Shown in pieces: positions 42,228-53,048 of a stretch of 64,000 bases of DNA. This stretch comes from a bacterium (GTDB lineage Bacteria; Patescibacteriota; Saccharimonadia; UBA4664). Each line of letters begins with the position of its first letter. Position 1 is the stretch's first letter. A model generated the notes under the pieces. It saw nothing but the letters and a program-made list of their open reading frames with translations, was not told the origin of the DNA and ran no database searches. Position numbers and translations under genes: made by a program. The stretch spans positions 747,696-811,695 of the forward strand of contig CP064960.1 in NCBI GenBank assembly GCA_016699105.1, given 5' to 3'.

Positions 42228-44147
42228 TTACGTGAGTGGTGTGAGCTGCTTGATGAGCTCGCGGACTTCAATGGTAGCCACGCCAACGACGTGATCGGCA
42301 CCGCCGTAGTAGAGGTAGATAACGCCGTCCCGGACAACTTGGCCACAAGGGAAGACGACGTTACTGATCCAGCCCTCGCGTTCCCAGTCGAGTACTGGAG
42401 TCATGATTGGTTGTGACGACCGGCCAATGACGCGGGTAGGATCTTTGGGATCAAGTAAGACAGCCCCCAGGCAATACTCGTGGGCTTCGGTGATACCGTG
42501 ATAAAACAAGATCCAGCCGTGAGCAGTTTTGATGGGCGGCCCGGCGATACCAACTTTTTTGTCATCCCACATTCCCGGACGCGGTCCAATGATTTGGATA
42601 CAGCGCGTCACTTTCTCGCGGCGGAAATTGAGACTATCAACGAAATCACCGCAAATATGGGAAGACACCCGGTGCAAGATCATGTACTGACCATTAATTT
42701 TCTCGGAAAATAAGCAGGCGTCTTTGTCGTCGACTCCTTGGGGCGTGATGATCTCAGGCATAGTCCATTTATCGAACCGGTGGTGCAAAAAATCATCGAC
42801 ACTGATAGAACTCTCGGCGACTTTGGGATTCGAGACCGAGTCATAAGCCGTGTAGGTGATGTACAGATGATCGCCAATGCGGACAATGCGGGCATCTTCG
42901 CAACCGGAGTTGTCAGTTGGCCCGCCGGCTTTGAGCTCGAATTTGACCCGCGGTACGTAGATTGGGTCGGCCAGACGTTCGACGATTTTGACGCCGTCAT
43001 GACTGCGGGCCAGACCGGAGACAGAGGTATTATCGGGTCCAACCGCCCGGTACATAATGTAGACATCGTTGTTAATTTCGACTGCTGCCGGATTGAGCAC
43101 ATGACTGGCTTCCCAAGGGTGAGCAGCGATGGGCTCAAGAATAGGATTCTCGGGCGCGCGTTTGACATGTTGTTTGACGGCATTGTCGGCGGACAAGGCA
43201 TCAAGTAATCCGGCAAAACTGACAGTTGCTCGACAGCAACTCGTATCAGTTGATCCGTAATAGATGGTAAATTTGTCTCCGTGACGAACGGCACCGGAGG
43301 GGAATATGATCCGGGGTAAGCGGCCGAAGCGTTCGTAGCCTTCCTCGGGCACCATGAGGGGATAAATGGTCCGGCGCAAAATCTTGCAGGGATTAGCATG
43401 ATCGAGTAATGCGGCTTCAATACCAAAAATCTTACTTTCGGAAAAGTAGTTTTTGATGTGAGAGTACACCAGCAACCAGCCATCTGTAGTCCAAATTGGC
43501 GGTGCGCCAACTTCGACATGATCGCCATTGCCACGGAGTAATTCGAGGGTGTGCTCCTCTAAATGTTCGTACCAATCTTCCCAAAAAGCCGTTGACCACA
43601 TATCGGAAATGTCATTGAATTGAGCGATACCAATTCTGGATGGTGGCAGATCGGAGTTGGCGGTCAGTATTACTTGGAGTTTGCCATCGACACGTTCCGG
43701 AAATAAGGCCATAGCCTTGGCATTGAATGGTGTGATGAGATGCTTAGCTTCGATGTGCTCCAGATCTTTGGTAATAGCGACTGCGGCTTTAATGTTCTCG
43801 GCGCCAAAGGGATACCCGCCGAGCGCAGTATAAAATATGTAATAAGTATCACCGAGCTTGGTAACCCGGGGATCTTCACAGCCATATTTGTCCCACGATT
43901 CAGACGGTACAACGAGCTGCCTGGGCGCTCCATAATGACCGTCTGGCAATTCTTGAGCAATGGCAATGGTTGATAATTCTACCGTCTCGTTTTCGTATAA
44001 CGCCGGGTGGCTGGCGGCGCGGAATACCAGGTAGTTGTCGCCGTGGTAGGTAACGGGTGACGGGTTAAATGTAGCCTCAGCATGCCAAGGTGTCGCCGGA
44101 TCCGGTTTGACGAGGGGGTTGTGGCTATCGCGAGTGACGGTTACCAT
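42228..44147 (-). CDS. tandem GH130-family protein (mannoside phosphorylase/hydrolase-like), 2 domains
   Basis: Two repeats, each with NPxxV...YRAxG, GCEDPRV/GCEDARI and beta-propeller blades. Confidence 0.75.
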   Translation of the reverse strand: MVTVTRDSHNPLVKPDPATPWHAEATFNPSPVTYHGDNYLVFRAASHPALYENETVELSTIAIAQELPDGHYGAPRQLVVPSESWDKYGCEDPRVTKLGDTYYIFYTALGGYPFGAENIKAAVAITKDLEHIEAKHLITPFNAKAMALFPERVDGKLQVILTANSDLPPSRIGIAQFNDISDMWSTAFWEDWYEHLEEHTLELLRGNGDHVEVGAPPIWTTDGWLLVYSHIKNYFSESKIFGIEAALLDHANPCKILRRTIYPLMVPEEGYERFGRLPRIIFPSGAVRHGDKFTIYYGSTDTSCCRATVSFAGLLDALSADNAVKQHVKRAPENPILEPIAAHPWEASHVLNPAAVEINNDVYIMYRAVGPDNTSVSGLARSHDGVKIVERLADPIYVPRVKFELKAGGPTDNSGCEDARIVRIGDHLYITYTAYDSVSNPKVAESSISVDDFLHHRFDKWTMPEIITPQGVDDKDACLFSEKINGQYMILHRVSSHICGDFVDSLNFRREKVTRCIQIIGPRPGMWDDKKVGIAGPPIKTAHGWILFYHGITEAHEYCLGAVLLDPKDPTRVIGRSSQPIMTPVLDWEREGWISNVVFPCGQVVRDGVIYLYYGGADHVVGVATIEVRELIKQLTPLT

Positions 44148-46094
44148 CTAGCGCTGAACGTCCATGACAGTGGTAGCGACTGGTTCGAGTGAGAGGTTGT
44201 GATTGTAAACAAGGGCGTCTAAGAACGTTTTGACATTGGCCCGGGCGACACCGACATGCTTATCACCGCCGCCATAATACACGACCAAGTTTTCGCCCAA
44301 TATAACTGCACCACAGGTATACACGACACCGTGTTTAGCATCATTTTCATACCATTCTTGGGGTGCCAAGATGGGGGCATTCGACCGGTACAAAATTTTG
44401 GTCGGATCTTGGAGATCGAGCAGCATGGCGCCGAGCTTGTATTTACCGGGATCGCGATGGTCATTGGCGTGGTAAAGCAAGAGCCAACCCATTGGAGTCT
44501 TAATTGGGGGTGCACCGGCGCCACGAACCCGGGAATCCCAGTGCTTAGTGCGGCGGGGGTCATGATAACCATGTCCGTGGGCTGGAGGCAGGCTGTCGAT
44601 ATATTTTTTGCCATCCAAATCGTCGAGCGAATCGACATAATCAATATAAATTTGTGGACTGAGGCCATGCAAAATAGCATAACGACCACCTATTTTCTCC
44701 GGGAAGATCAGCCAATTTTTGTGTGGTTGATTCGGCTTGGAGATGAGGGCTGGTGGCTTCCAATGCCATTTATGCTCGGCTAAGTGCTCAAGCGAGATTG
44801 AGGTCAGTGCTTGCCGCATGAAGTCCCAACCATTGAAAGCGTGAAAAGTCATATACACTTTATCGTCGATACAGACAGCGCGCGGATCTTCGCAGCCAGC
44901 CCAGCCGCCACCAGATGGATACAAATCAGGATCGTATTTCCAGGATTTTTGGTCAGCGGTCGGATCGGGCAAGCCATAACCAAGACTGGGCGTATACACC
45001 GGATATGTCAGCCGTTCGTCGAAGTTGACTCCATCGCTGCTCGAGGCATAGCCAATCCGGGAAATACCGTCTGGACCCATTGCTCGGTACAAGAGGTGTA
45101 CTCGACCATCAGCGACAAACGCCGCCGGATTGAATACAGCTTGTGACTCCCATTCCAAACTTGATGGTGACAGAATGGGATTTTGATCAGACCGACCCAA
45201 GGCTAGGTCGCGGCCTTTGATGGTATGAGACGCAAACGGATTGGCGATTTTGGCGACGATGATCTTGTCGCGGGTGGTTGTAAAATAAAAATTAATATGG
45301 ACATCGTAGATGGCAGCACCCAGCACCCGGGGTAGGTGTTCGGTCGGTTGCTCAAATGTATGTAAAGCATCATCGGATCGCCATATCACCTGGTCTGGCT
45401 CGGTGGAAGAACACAAAATTGCGCCCAAGTGAATTGTGGTTTTGCCCTGACGCTGGGCGGTGCTGGAATACAATATCATGATGCCTGCCGGCAAATGAGC
45501 AGTACCAATGACGGCCAAATGATGGTTATCAAATTGATGTGGGCGAGTTCCTGCAATTATCTGACTGTCGGTTTGCCACGAAACCAGATTTTTACTAAAT
45601 GCTACCCGGATGTCTTGACCGCCATAATACAATACGTACTGGCCAAAATGACGGTACTCAGGCACAATCTGACCTGGTCCTTGCAATCTGGGATCAGCTG
45701 CCAACACATGCCAGATGGCCAAGTCGTCTTCAATGGTATGGCGGGCAATTCGCAGCTGAGCTGGATGAGTGCTGGTGTGCGCCGTAAACGTCAACAGCCG
45801 GTCATGGAGGACCTGGCTGATGCGAAAATTATCGGTTTGAACTAGTTTGAGCACCCGGCCGAGCGGCTGGATCAGGGTGATCGGCTCGGTATTTGGTTTG
45901 AAGTGGTCGCCGGTAGCGGGCGCGTGAACAAGCTGCCAGGTACTTCCGTATTTGCTCAAGCCGATTAAGGCTATGCTACTTTTGTCACGAAACACACCAA
46001 GAGGGTGCGTTCGCCTCATTCCTGAGTGACTCACAACCACTACACTTTCTTTTTGGTATAAATTTATTCTAGCACAAGCATTTTGCAGCTGCAA
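44148..46094 (-). CDS. tandem GH130-family protein, paralog of the preceding gene
   Basis: FNPAAFVADGRVHLLYRAMGPDG and GCEDPRAVCIDDKVYMTFHA; two domains. Confidence 0.7.
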   Translation of the reverse strand: MQLQNACARINLYQKESVVVVSHSGMRRTHPLGVFRDKSSIALIGLSKYGSTWQLVHAPATGDHFKPNTEPITLIQPLGRVLKLVQTDNFRISQVLHDRLLTFTAHTSTHPAQLRIARHTIEDDLAIWHVLAADPRLQGPGQIVPEYRHFGQYVLYYGGQDIRVAFSKNLVSWQTDSQIIAGTRPHQFDNHHLAVIGTAHLPAGIMILYSSTAQRQGKTTIHLGAILCSSTEPDQVIWRSDDALHTFEQPTEHLPRVLGAAIYDVHINFYFTTTRDKIIVAKIANPFASHTIKGRDLALGRSDQNPILSPSSLEWESQAVFNPAAFVADGRVHLLYRAMGPDGISRIGYASSSDGVNFDERLTYPVYTPSLGYGLPDPTADQKSWKYDPDLYPSGGGWAGCEDPRAVCIDDKVYMTFHAFNGWDFMRQALTSISLEHLAEHKWHWKPPALISKPNQPHKNWLIFPEKIGGRYAILHGLSPQIYIDYVDSLDDLDGKKYIDSLPPAHGHGYHDPRRTKHWDSRVRGAGAPPIKTPMGWLLLYHANDHRDPGKYKLGAMLLDLQDPTKILYRSNAPILAPQEWYENDAKHGVVYTCGAVILGENLVVYYGGGDKHVGVARANVKTFLDALVYNHNLSLEPVATTVMDVQR

Positions 46095-46103
46095 AAGAAG
46101 TTT

Positions 46104-46847
46104 TTATCGGTAGACGCCTTTGACAGCATTTATGGCAATAACAATGGTGTCACTAAAGGTTTTGATGGCAGCTTTGAGTGGTGAATCGCCGACCAGACCC
46201 ATATCCCCCGTTTTGGGATCATGCCAATCATTGGCATTAATGGTAGTGATACGATAGCCGTGGATGCGGGCGATTTTGAGAATTTCAGCGTCAAAACTCC
46301 ATCCCATCATGGTTTGGAGCGGGAATATTTCTTCAGCGGCGACAGCCGAAAATCCTTTGAAGCCACATTGGGTGTCCTTGATGCCAGGCAGGATGAGAGC
46401 TTGTATAAATAAATTGCCGAAACTTGACATAAACTTACGGAAAATGCCTTTATGAATAGAAAACAAATCGCGGACTGCAATGACGATGGGGGCGCCATTT
46501 TTCAGTAATTCGTAGGACTGCGCAATATGCTCTAAGGGGGTGGCGAGATCAGCATCCATAAACAAGCGATAACGACCCTTAGCTTCGAGCATACCAGCCC
46601 TTACGTCGCGACCCTTACCGACTCGAGCTCCCAACTGATGGACCCGAAAGTGCTTGAACCGGCCGGCCACACTTTGGGCTTGCTCGGTGGTCCCGTCCGG
46701 GCTGTCGGCAGTTACCACAATGATTTCAACTTGGCCTAAGTGCTGCGCGTCAAGATAATCAGCTAACGTGTTGAGCGATTGTTTGATGATCTTACCTTCC
46801 ATATAGGCTGGTATGATCAAGCTGAGGTCAATGGTGGATTTTGTCAT
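46104..46847 (-). CDS. GT2 polyprenol-phosphate mannose/glucose synthase (DPM1-like)
   Basis: LSLIIPAYME, DADL and QCGFKGF motifs. Confidence 0.8.
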   Translation of the reverse strand: MTKSTIDLSLIIPAYMEGKIIKQSLNTLADYLDAQHLGQVEIIVVTADSPDGTTEQAQSVAGRFKHFRVHQLGARVGKGRDVRAGMLEAKGRYRLFMDADLATPLEHIAQSYELLKNGAPIVIAVRDLFSIHKGIFRKFMSSFGNLFIQALILPGIKDTQCGFKGFSAVAAEEIFPLQTMMGWSFDAEILKIARIHGYRITTINANDWHDPKTGDMGLVGDSPLKAAIKTFSDTIVIAINAVKGVYR

Positions 46848-48385
46848 TTGGTCATCTCGTAGGTATAGTAAACTTCCGTTTGGTTAAATGGTGAAAAGTG
46901 CGGCTTAAAGGTTCCGCCCGGGAATTTAGCTTTGAGTAGTTTTTTACTGGCATCGCGTTCACTAGCACTGATGTAAAAGTATTTGGCTTCGCCGGCTGTG
47001 GGTAATAGTGCTAACTCATCAATCTTGATATATGTAGCCGGACGGCTATCAGCTAAATATTGAATAATTGGTTGTTCTGCAGGCGTCGTGACAACATATA
47101 CCGAGCCATCTTGTTTGCTGGTATGGAGATTTGTGCCAAGTCTGACGGCGCCTTCATTGTGGGCAGCATAGGTGGCGCCGGTGTGACCCCATGCCCGGAA
47201 ATACTGAGTGTATCCCAGAGCTGTACTTAGAATGATAAGTACAATGACGGTAGCTTGACCGACCGAACGGGCAGCTGAATTAGCCGGAAACGTACTGTAC
47301 CAAAGGTTGAGAATATAATGTATGCCTAATCCGGCTAACATAACTACGGCTGGCAACGCCACGACAGCCCGGCTAAAATTGGCTGTACCTGGGGCCGTGA
47401 AAACGGCAGGCAAAAGCCCAATGAATAGCCAGGCTAATAACCATCGATAGGTATAAAATTTAATTCGCGTTATGGCGACTAGTAAACCAGTAGCAAAGCT
47501 GATCGCCAAAAAGCTGTTTAAGGCTGGCTGATCGGGTAAATTGTGAACGTAGTTGGCATCACCGCTGCCCGGACCAATGAGCATGAGGAAGTTGGCGCTG
47601 AGAGCGGCTAGCCACGACGCAGGTTTATAGCTAAATCCAGACCAATTAAACAATTGGCTCAAACTATCCCAGGAGTTGGCAACCATTACTATGATGGTAG
47701 CCATGACAAGCCCGCTGAAGACGACGCCAGTAACAACCGAAGGAGTGGTAGTGGGACGTTTGTGTCGGTGAATGATGCGTACAAAGGCTAACCCGAGCAC
47801 GAGCGCATTGATGAGCCAACCCAGCGGTCCAATGGCTAGATTAACTAAGGCTACAACGGCCAATAAGCCTGCCCGAATGGGTTGGGGTTGTCGCCAAGCC
47901 CGACCAGCTAGCCAGACGGTAAGAGTTAACATGAGGGGAACAGCCGCTGCTACGGTTCCCAAACGACTGGCAGTCACAGCCCACGGTAGACTGGCGAGGG
48001 TAAAGGTAGCGGCGTGGGCGGCTGTTCGACCGAGCCATTGGCGAGTAACAAACCACATCGGAATGACAGCTAATGCCCCTAAGGCTGCAGGCAGCAGTCG
48101 CAGAGATAATGGCGAGGCGCCGGCAATCTTGATACCAATAGCTTGGAGCCACACCCACAGTGGTGCGTAACCGTTACTACTATCGAGACCCGGTATCGTG
48201 CCGTGTTGTAGGAGTGCTTGGGCTTGGATCGCAGAAGTTGCCAAGCTCGCGTCAAACCCCGGCGGTAGCTGGGCTAGATCGTAAAATCGCATAAAGATGG
48301 CGAGTAGTAATGCGCTGGCTAGCACCAAACTATCAGTAAATGGTCCGAGCCAACTAAATGGTGGTTTGACGCGGCGCGCAGTCAT
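46844..48385 (-). CDS. GT-C fold glycosyltransferase (ArnT/PMT/YkcB-like)
   Basis: 12 or more TM helices. N-terminal RFYDLAQLPPGFDAS loop. The DPM1-like and GtrA genes are neighbours. Confidence 0.6.
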   Translation of the reverse strand: MTARRVKPPFSWLGPFTDSLVLASALLLAIFMRFYDLAQLPPGFDASLATSAIQAQALLQHGTIPGLDSSNGYAPLWVWLQAIGIKIAGASPLSLRLLPAALGALAVIPMWFVTRQWLGRTAAHAATFTLASLPWAVTASRLGTVAAAVPLMLTLTVWLAGRAWRQPQPIRAGLLAVVALVNLAIGPLGWLINALVLGLAFVRIIHRHKRPTTTPSVVTGVVFSGLVMATIIVMVANSWDSLSQLFNWSGFSYKPASWLAALSANFLMLIGPGSGDANYVHNLPDQPALNSFLAISFATGLLVAITRIKFYTYRWLLAWLFIGLLPAVFTAPGTANFSRAVVALPAVVMLAGLGIHYILNLWYSTFPANSAARSVGQATVIVLIILSTALGYTQYFRAWGHTGATYAAHNEGAVRLGTNLHTSKQDGSVYVVTTPAEQPIIQYLADSRPATYIKIDELALLPTAGEAKYFYISASERDASKKLLKAKFPGGTFKPHFSPFNQTEVYYTYEMTK

Positions 48386-48858
48386 GGACGGAATACCACG
48401 AGTTTATACATGAGATAATTCCAAACCAGACTTAACACCGTGCCGGCGGCTTTGGCCGTGTTTTTGACGATAAAGGTGTCGCCGGACCATTGGTTGAGGC
48501 CGAGTATATGACTGACATCGGCCGCTAGCATAGTGGGATATGTCCAAACATCCGTCAGTATATGGATAGTGCCAGTTTGTAGAACGTATAACCCAAAGGC
48601 TGTGACCGTGTAAAAGATGAGGCCTTGTTTGAGCATTGAACCACCGGTGCGTTTAAACACCATTTCTTTATTCGCAAAGAAGCTAAATGTCATAGCGCAG
48701 GTGGTTGATATTAGGTTAGCCGGTACCGCACTAAGATGAGCGAAATGGCCCAGTACATTGAAGATGACAAAGTCAAGCAGGGTGTTTAAGATACCGACTA
48801 AGCCAAATTTACCTACTCTTTTGACCTCTTCGACATCGTTTTGGTTTGGAGATTTCAT
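48382..48858 (-). CDS. GtrA-family membrane protein
   Basis: FGLVGILNTLLDFVIFNVL and four TM helices. Confidence 0.75.
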   Translation of the reverse strand: MKSPNQNDVEEVKRVGKFGLVGILNTLLDFVIFNVLGHFAHLSAVPANLISTTCAMTFSFFANKEMVFKRTGGSMLKQGLIFYTVTAFGLYVLQTGTIHILTDVWTYPTMLAADVSHILGLNQWSGDTFIVKNTAKAAGTVLSLVWNYLMYKLVVFRP

Positions 48859-48916
48859 ATCCTGGATAATCTAAATTGTGTTAAGCATAACCGATATGTC
48901 CAGGTAGGTGCAAGCA

Positions 48917-50302
48917 CTAACCATGGAATCGTTCCAGATTGGTGAAGCGGCGTTGCTCTGGATGGAAATACAATTCGATATCGCCAACTGGGCCGTTACG
49001 ATGTTTTCTGATGAGGATATCGGTAATATTTTCGCGATCAGTTTGTTTATTGTAATAAAACTCACGATAAATAAACATTACGACGTCAGCGTCCTGCTCA
49101 ATTGATCCGGAATCACGCAAGTCGGCTAGCTGGGGAATCGGTGGCGTGCGCGATTCCACTGCCCGAGACAGCTGACTGAGCGCAATTACCGGTACTCCAA
49201 GCTCACGAGCGAGCCCTTTCAAGCCCCGGGAAATTTCTGACACTTCCTGTTGACGACCTTCCGAAGAGCGGGCGCCGCCAGATATGAGCTGCAAGTAGTC
49301 GATAATGATCAGTCCGAGGCCATGTTCGCTCTGCAGGCGCCGGGCTTTGGTGCGCATTTCCATGACATTGGTGATGGCTGAATCGTCAATAAAAATGGGT
49401 GCCTCGGAAAGTTCTGCCATGGCTTCGTTAATTTTGGGAAAATCGTCGTCATCGAGAGCTCCAGTGCGTAATTTCCAAGAATCCACACCAGACTCAATGG
49501 CTAGTAGTTGATCAATGAGCTGCTCTTTGGAGACTTCAAGACTGAAAAAACCAACAGGTATACCTTCACGAGCAGCCACATGGTGAGCAATATTCATAAC
49601 AAAGGTGGTTTTTCCCATGGATGGACGGGCAGCTAAAATGATGAGATCAGATGCCTGCAGACCGGCGAGCATGCGGTCGAGATCTTTGAAACCGGTAGGT
49701 ACGCCACGCAATTTGCCGGTATTTGAATGGAGCTCATTGAGTCGCTCGAATGACTCGGCCAGCACACTGGATATTGGAATAAAGTTTTGCTTCAGATTTT
49801 TTTGGCTGACTTCAAAGATCGTCTGCTCAGCTTTGTCGAGCAATTGCTCTAAGCCGGTTTGTTCGTCGAATCCCAGATTTGAAATCTCGGATGCGGCTGA
49901 AATGAGTCGCCTGAGTGTCGCTTTGTGGGCGACGATGCTAGCGTAATGTACAACGTGTGCGGCTGTCGGCACCGCTGATGTCAGCTCGGTGACAAAGGCG
50001 GCTCCGCCGATGCGCTCGAGCTCATTGGCGGCAGACAGCTTGTTTGCTAAGCTGACGACATCTATCGGCTGACGGGCTTCGTATAAATCAAGAATAGCCG
50101 TAAAGATGAGTCCGTGACGGTCGTCGTAAAAATCATCGGCATGGACAATGTCGGCCACCTTTATGATGGCGTCTTTTTCAATCAAGATCGAACCGAGCAG
50201 ACTAGCTTCAGCATCTAGATTTTGGGGTGGCATTTTGGCTGCTAAGACGGCTGCAGATTGGGTTCTTTCGGAACCGGTACTAGTTTTTTTCGATGTTGCC
50301 AT
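48917..50302 (-). CDS. dnaB: replicative DNA helicase
   Basis: N-terminal domain LDAEASLLGSIL; Walker A GKTTFVMNIA; RecA-like core. Confidence 0.9.
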   Translation of the reverse strand: MATSKKTSTGSERTQSAAVLAAKMPPQNLDAEASLLGSILIEKDAIIKVADIVHADDFYDDRHGLIFTAILDLYEARQPIDVVSLANKLSAANELERIGGAAFVTELTSAVPTAAHVVHYASIVAHKATLRRLISAASEISNLGFDEQTGLEQLLDKAEQTIFEVSQKNLKQNFIPISSVLAESFERLNELHSNTGKLRGVPTGFKDLDRMLAGLQASDLIILAARPSMGKTTFVMNIAHHVAAREGIPVGFFSLEVSKEQLIDQLLAIESGVDSWKLRTGALDDDDFPKINEAMAELSEAPIFIDDSAITNVMEMRTKARRLQSEHGLGLIIIDYLQLISGGARSSEGRQQEVSEISRGLKGLARELGVPVIALSQLSRAVESRTPPIPQLADLRDSGSIEQDADVVMFIYREFYYNKQTDRENITDILIRKHRNGPVGDIELYFHPEQRRFTNLERFHG

Positions 50303-51796
50303 TATTCAACGACCTCTCCGCCAAGAATTTCTAAGGCCGATGCCATGAGCTCGGAATCCGGGTCAGCCGTTTTGGGAGTCTTACGGCCGCCGGTTTTGGC
50401 GCCTTCGGTGGTGGCTTCAATTTTGACTGTTTGACCATAGACTTTGGCAGCGGCAGCTTCGATCAGATTGCGGTTAACTGGTTTGATGAATAGGTCACGA
50501 TGGAAATTAAATCGCGGCTTAATCGTGATAGTGTCGCTGGTAGCGGTGATGGGATACATCTGCAAGAGAGCACTCAGGGAATTGTTTTTACGCTTGATGA
50601 TCATAATGACTTTTGGCCAGAAATCGATTGATAATTCGGGGCCAGTTGGACTCGTTATCTGTATTGCAGGTTGATCAACTGTGGCTGTGACAGTGGCTGT
50701 GGTTTTGGTAGTAGTTTTAGCAAGTTTGACTGGTTCTGATAGGGTTAAGTTGGGCGCTATGGTCAATTTTACTAAAGTGGTCTCGAGTGCCGCTTCCAGG
50801 CCAGTGCGATTGATGCAAAGCTAGTAGTTGTTCAAGTATTTCGACATGTCCAGATAAGTCGCGCGAATCAATTATTGGTTGCAGGGATGGAGGTGCTGAT
50901 TCATTGGTGCCTCGTAGCCACACCAGGCGTCGCCATAGGGTAATTAAACTGGCAATTGTCTGGGTCGCTGACACACCACTCGTGGCTAACTCGGCACATA
51001 AGGAAAGGGTTTTGGCAGTATCGCGACTGGCAATACTTGCGGCCAACTGAGAGAGTTGGTCTTGGCTAATATGACCGAGTAATTCTTGGACGAGTTGGTC
51101 TGATATTTCTTTAGTATCGGCTACAGCGCCGACTTGATCGAGTAAGCTTAAGCCGTCACGAGCGCCACCTTGAGCCGCCCGGCTGAGTCTATCGGCGGCA
51201 GCTGGTTCGAGCTTCCAACCTTCCTTGGCGGCAACATCTGTCAGCAGTTCGGCCAGCAATTTGGTCGGAAATGGTTTGAACACGAACCGCTGAGTGCGGG
51301 AAACTATGGTATCGGGCACTTTATGGGCTTCGGTAGTCGCCAAAATGAATGTAACATGCGCTGGTGGCTCCTCCAGGGTTTTGAGGAGGGCATTGAAGGC
51401 TTCGGTGGTCAACATATGGACTTCATCGATGATGTAGACCTTACGCTGGCTATACGTCGGTACTTGGGCTACTTTGTCACGCAAGTCTCTAACAGCATCG
51501 ATCGAACGGTTTGACGCAGCATCAATTTCAATAATATCGGGATTACTCCCTGCCGACAGGAGGCAAGGTGGGCAGTCGCCACAGGGCTGTTGTTGGCCCT
51601 GGCAGCAAGCTGCTTGGGCGAGCAATCGGGCGACACTGGTTTTGCCAGTGCCTTTGGGGCCGGTAAATAAATAGGCGTGCGCAATGCGCTTGTTGGCGAT
51701 AGCGTTGGTCAGGGTACGTACAATCTGGTCTTGGCCAATGACCTCGGCAAAAGTCGAACTCCGATATTTACGATAGAGCGCCTCATGTCCAGGCAT
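50302..51796 (-). CDS. dnaX: DNA polymerase III subunit gamma/tau (apparent frameshift near 50740)
   Basis: Walker A GPKGTGKTS; zinc module CGDCPPC; box VII. The C-terminal domain continues in the ORF 50302..50766. Confidence 0.85.
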
Positions 51797-51838
51797 GACA
51801 ACAATAACCCCTCACTACGCAGTACTAGAAATTATATC

Positions 51839-52390
51839 TTAGATTCGATGAGACTGCGATAAGAACTGTTGGAGCTGGGTCGCCGCTTGGCCGCGCATAC
51901 TGGTAGTATTTTTGGCCGCAATCGTCATTTCGGCATAGGTTAGTGCAGAACCGAGTGGCTGAAAAATATTATTCCAACCAAATGGGCTGACGATACCACG
52001 GGGTGGCACAATAGTGCCGGTGACTGATCCGGTAAAAAAGACGGGACTGCCGCCTTGGGGGCGGTAACCGATGGTACAGCTGGCAATCGCAGTATGATCG
52101 GGAAAACGACTGACTAAATCGGCAAGCTCGGTATTGCTGAGACTTTGTTCGAACCATTTGATGAGCGGTCCTGGCAGTCGTCCGAGGCAATTAAATACCA
52201 GTGACGTGTCTTCGACAATTATGTCTCCATCGTGTTGGGTGGCTGCCTGACTAAGCTTGTGCTCAATGATTATCTTGGGATCGAGTCCTTGGATTTCATC
52301 AAGATCGAGATTGAGCTGAACAATCCCTGGAATGACGGCGGTAATTTCTTGAAATTTACTGGCGTTACCTGTAACAAATGCGATTGGCAT
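51839..52390 (-). CDS. rdgB: non-canonical purine NTP pyrophosphatase (RdgB/HAM1)
   Basis: FVTGNASKFQE...DTSLVF...FGWNNIF. Confidence 0.85.
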   Translation of the reverse strand: MPIAFVTGNASKFQEITAVIPGIVQLNLDLDEIQGLDPKIIIEHKLSQAATQHDGDIIVEDTSLVFNCLGRLPGPLIKWFEQSLSNTELADLVSRFPDHTAIASCTIGYRPQGGSPVFFTGSVTGTIVPPRGIVSPFGWNNIFQPLGSALTYAEMTIAAKNTTSMRGQAATQLQQFLSQSHRI

Positions 52391-52920
52391 TAGCCAATAA
52401 CAGCTTCAATGGCTGCCCAGTCGGCATCCCCTTCTTCGGGAATCACCATAGTAACTTGATCGCCAGGTTGAGCTTTGAAATAGGTGACGCTGGCAAATAA
52501 GACGTGGTAATCTTTGCCGCGTGCTTCTACGTAATAAACGCCATCTTTGAGACCAAGCGTGCCAATGAGTTTGCGCCGCTCAACCGGTCCGATTTGCTTA
52601 TAAATAAAGGTGCCGTCATCGCCGATGATTAATTTAAGCATATCGCCCTGCACGAGCTTGCTTTTAGAGGCGTAGTTGGCGGGCACGGGGTAAGTTTTTT
52701 CATCGGGACCTACCATATGCTGACCATCGAAGGAACCTTCAATGACTTTGCCATTGGCAGAACTGGCTGCCACTGCTGATTTGGCCTCGTCGGCCGTAAT
52801 AGTTTCGTCGGAACCGACGAGACTGGTCAAGAGCTCTTTGGCGCCAGCAAGGTGCGTTTCAGCTGTCTCAATCAGCTTCTTCAGCGTTTTGAGTTGTTTT
52901 TCAGTTATATCTGCCATCAC
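52390..52920 (-). CDS. hypothetical protein
   Basis: ORF of 176 aa. Its start overlaps the rdgB stop. Confidence 0.4.
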   Translation of the reverse strand: MMADITEKQLKTLKKLIETAETHLAGAKELLTSLVGSDETITADEAKSAVAASSANGKVIEGSFDGQHMVGPDEKTYPVPANYASKSKLVQGDMLKLIIGDDGTFIYKQIGPVERRKLIGTLGLKDGVYYVEARGKDYHVLFASVTYFKAQPGDQVTMVIPEEGDADWAAIEAVIG

Positions 52921-53048
52921 CGTAACTCCTTTTAACGGTTGGTATTGGTTTCACACTCGTTGGCTCTATTCTTACACTCGGGGACAAACAAAGTCAAAAC
53001 ATTATGATAAAATGACGCTAACTTAAGATATAGCGAGGCACAAGAATT

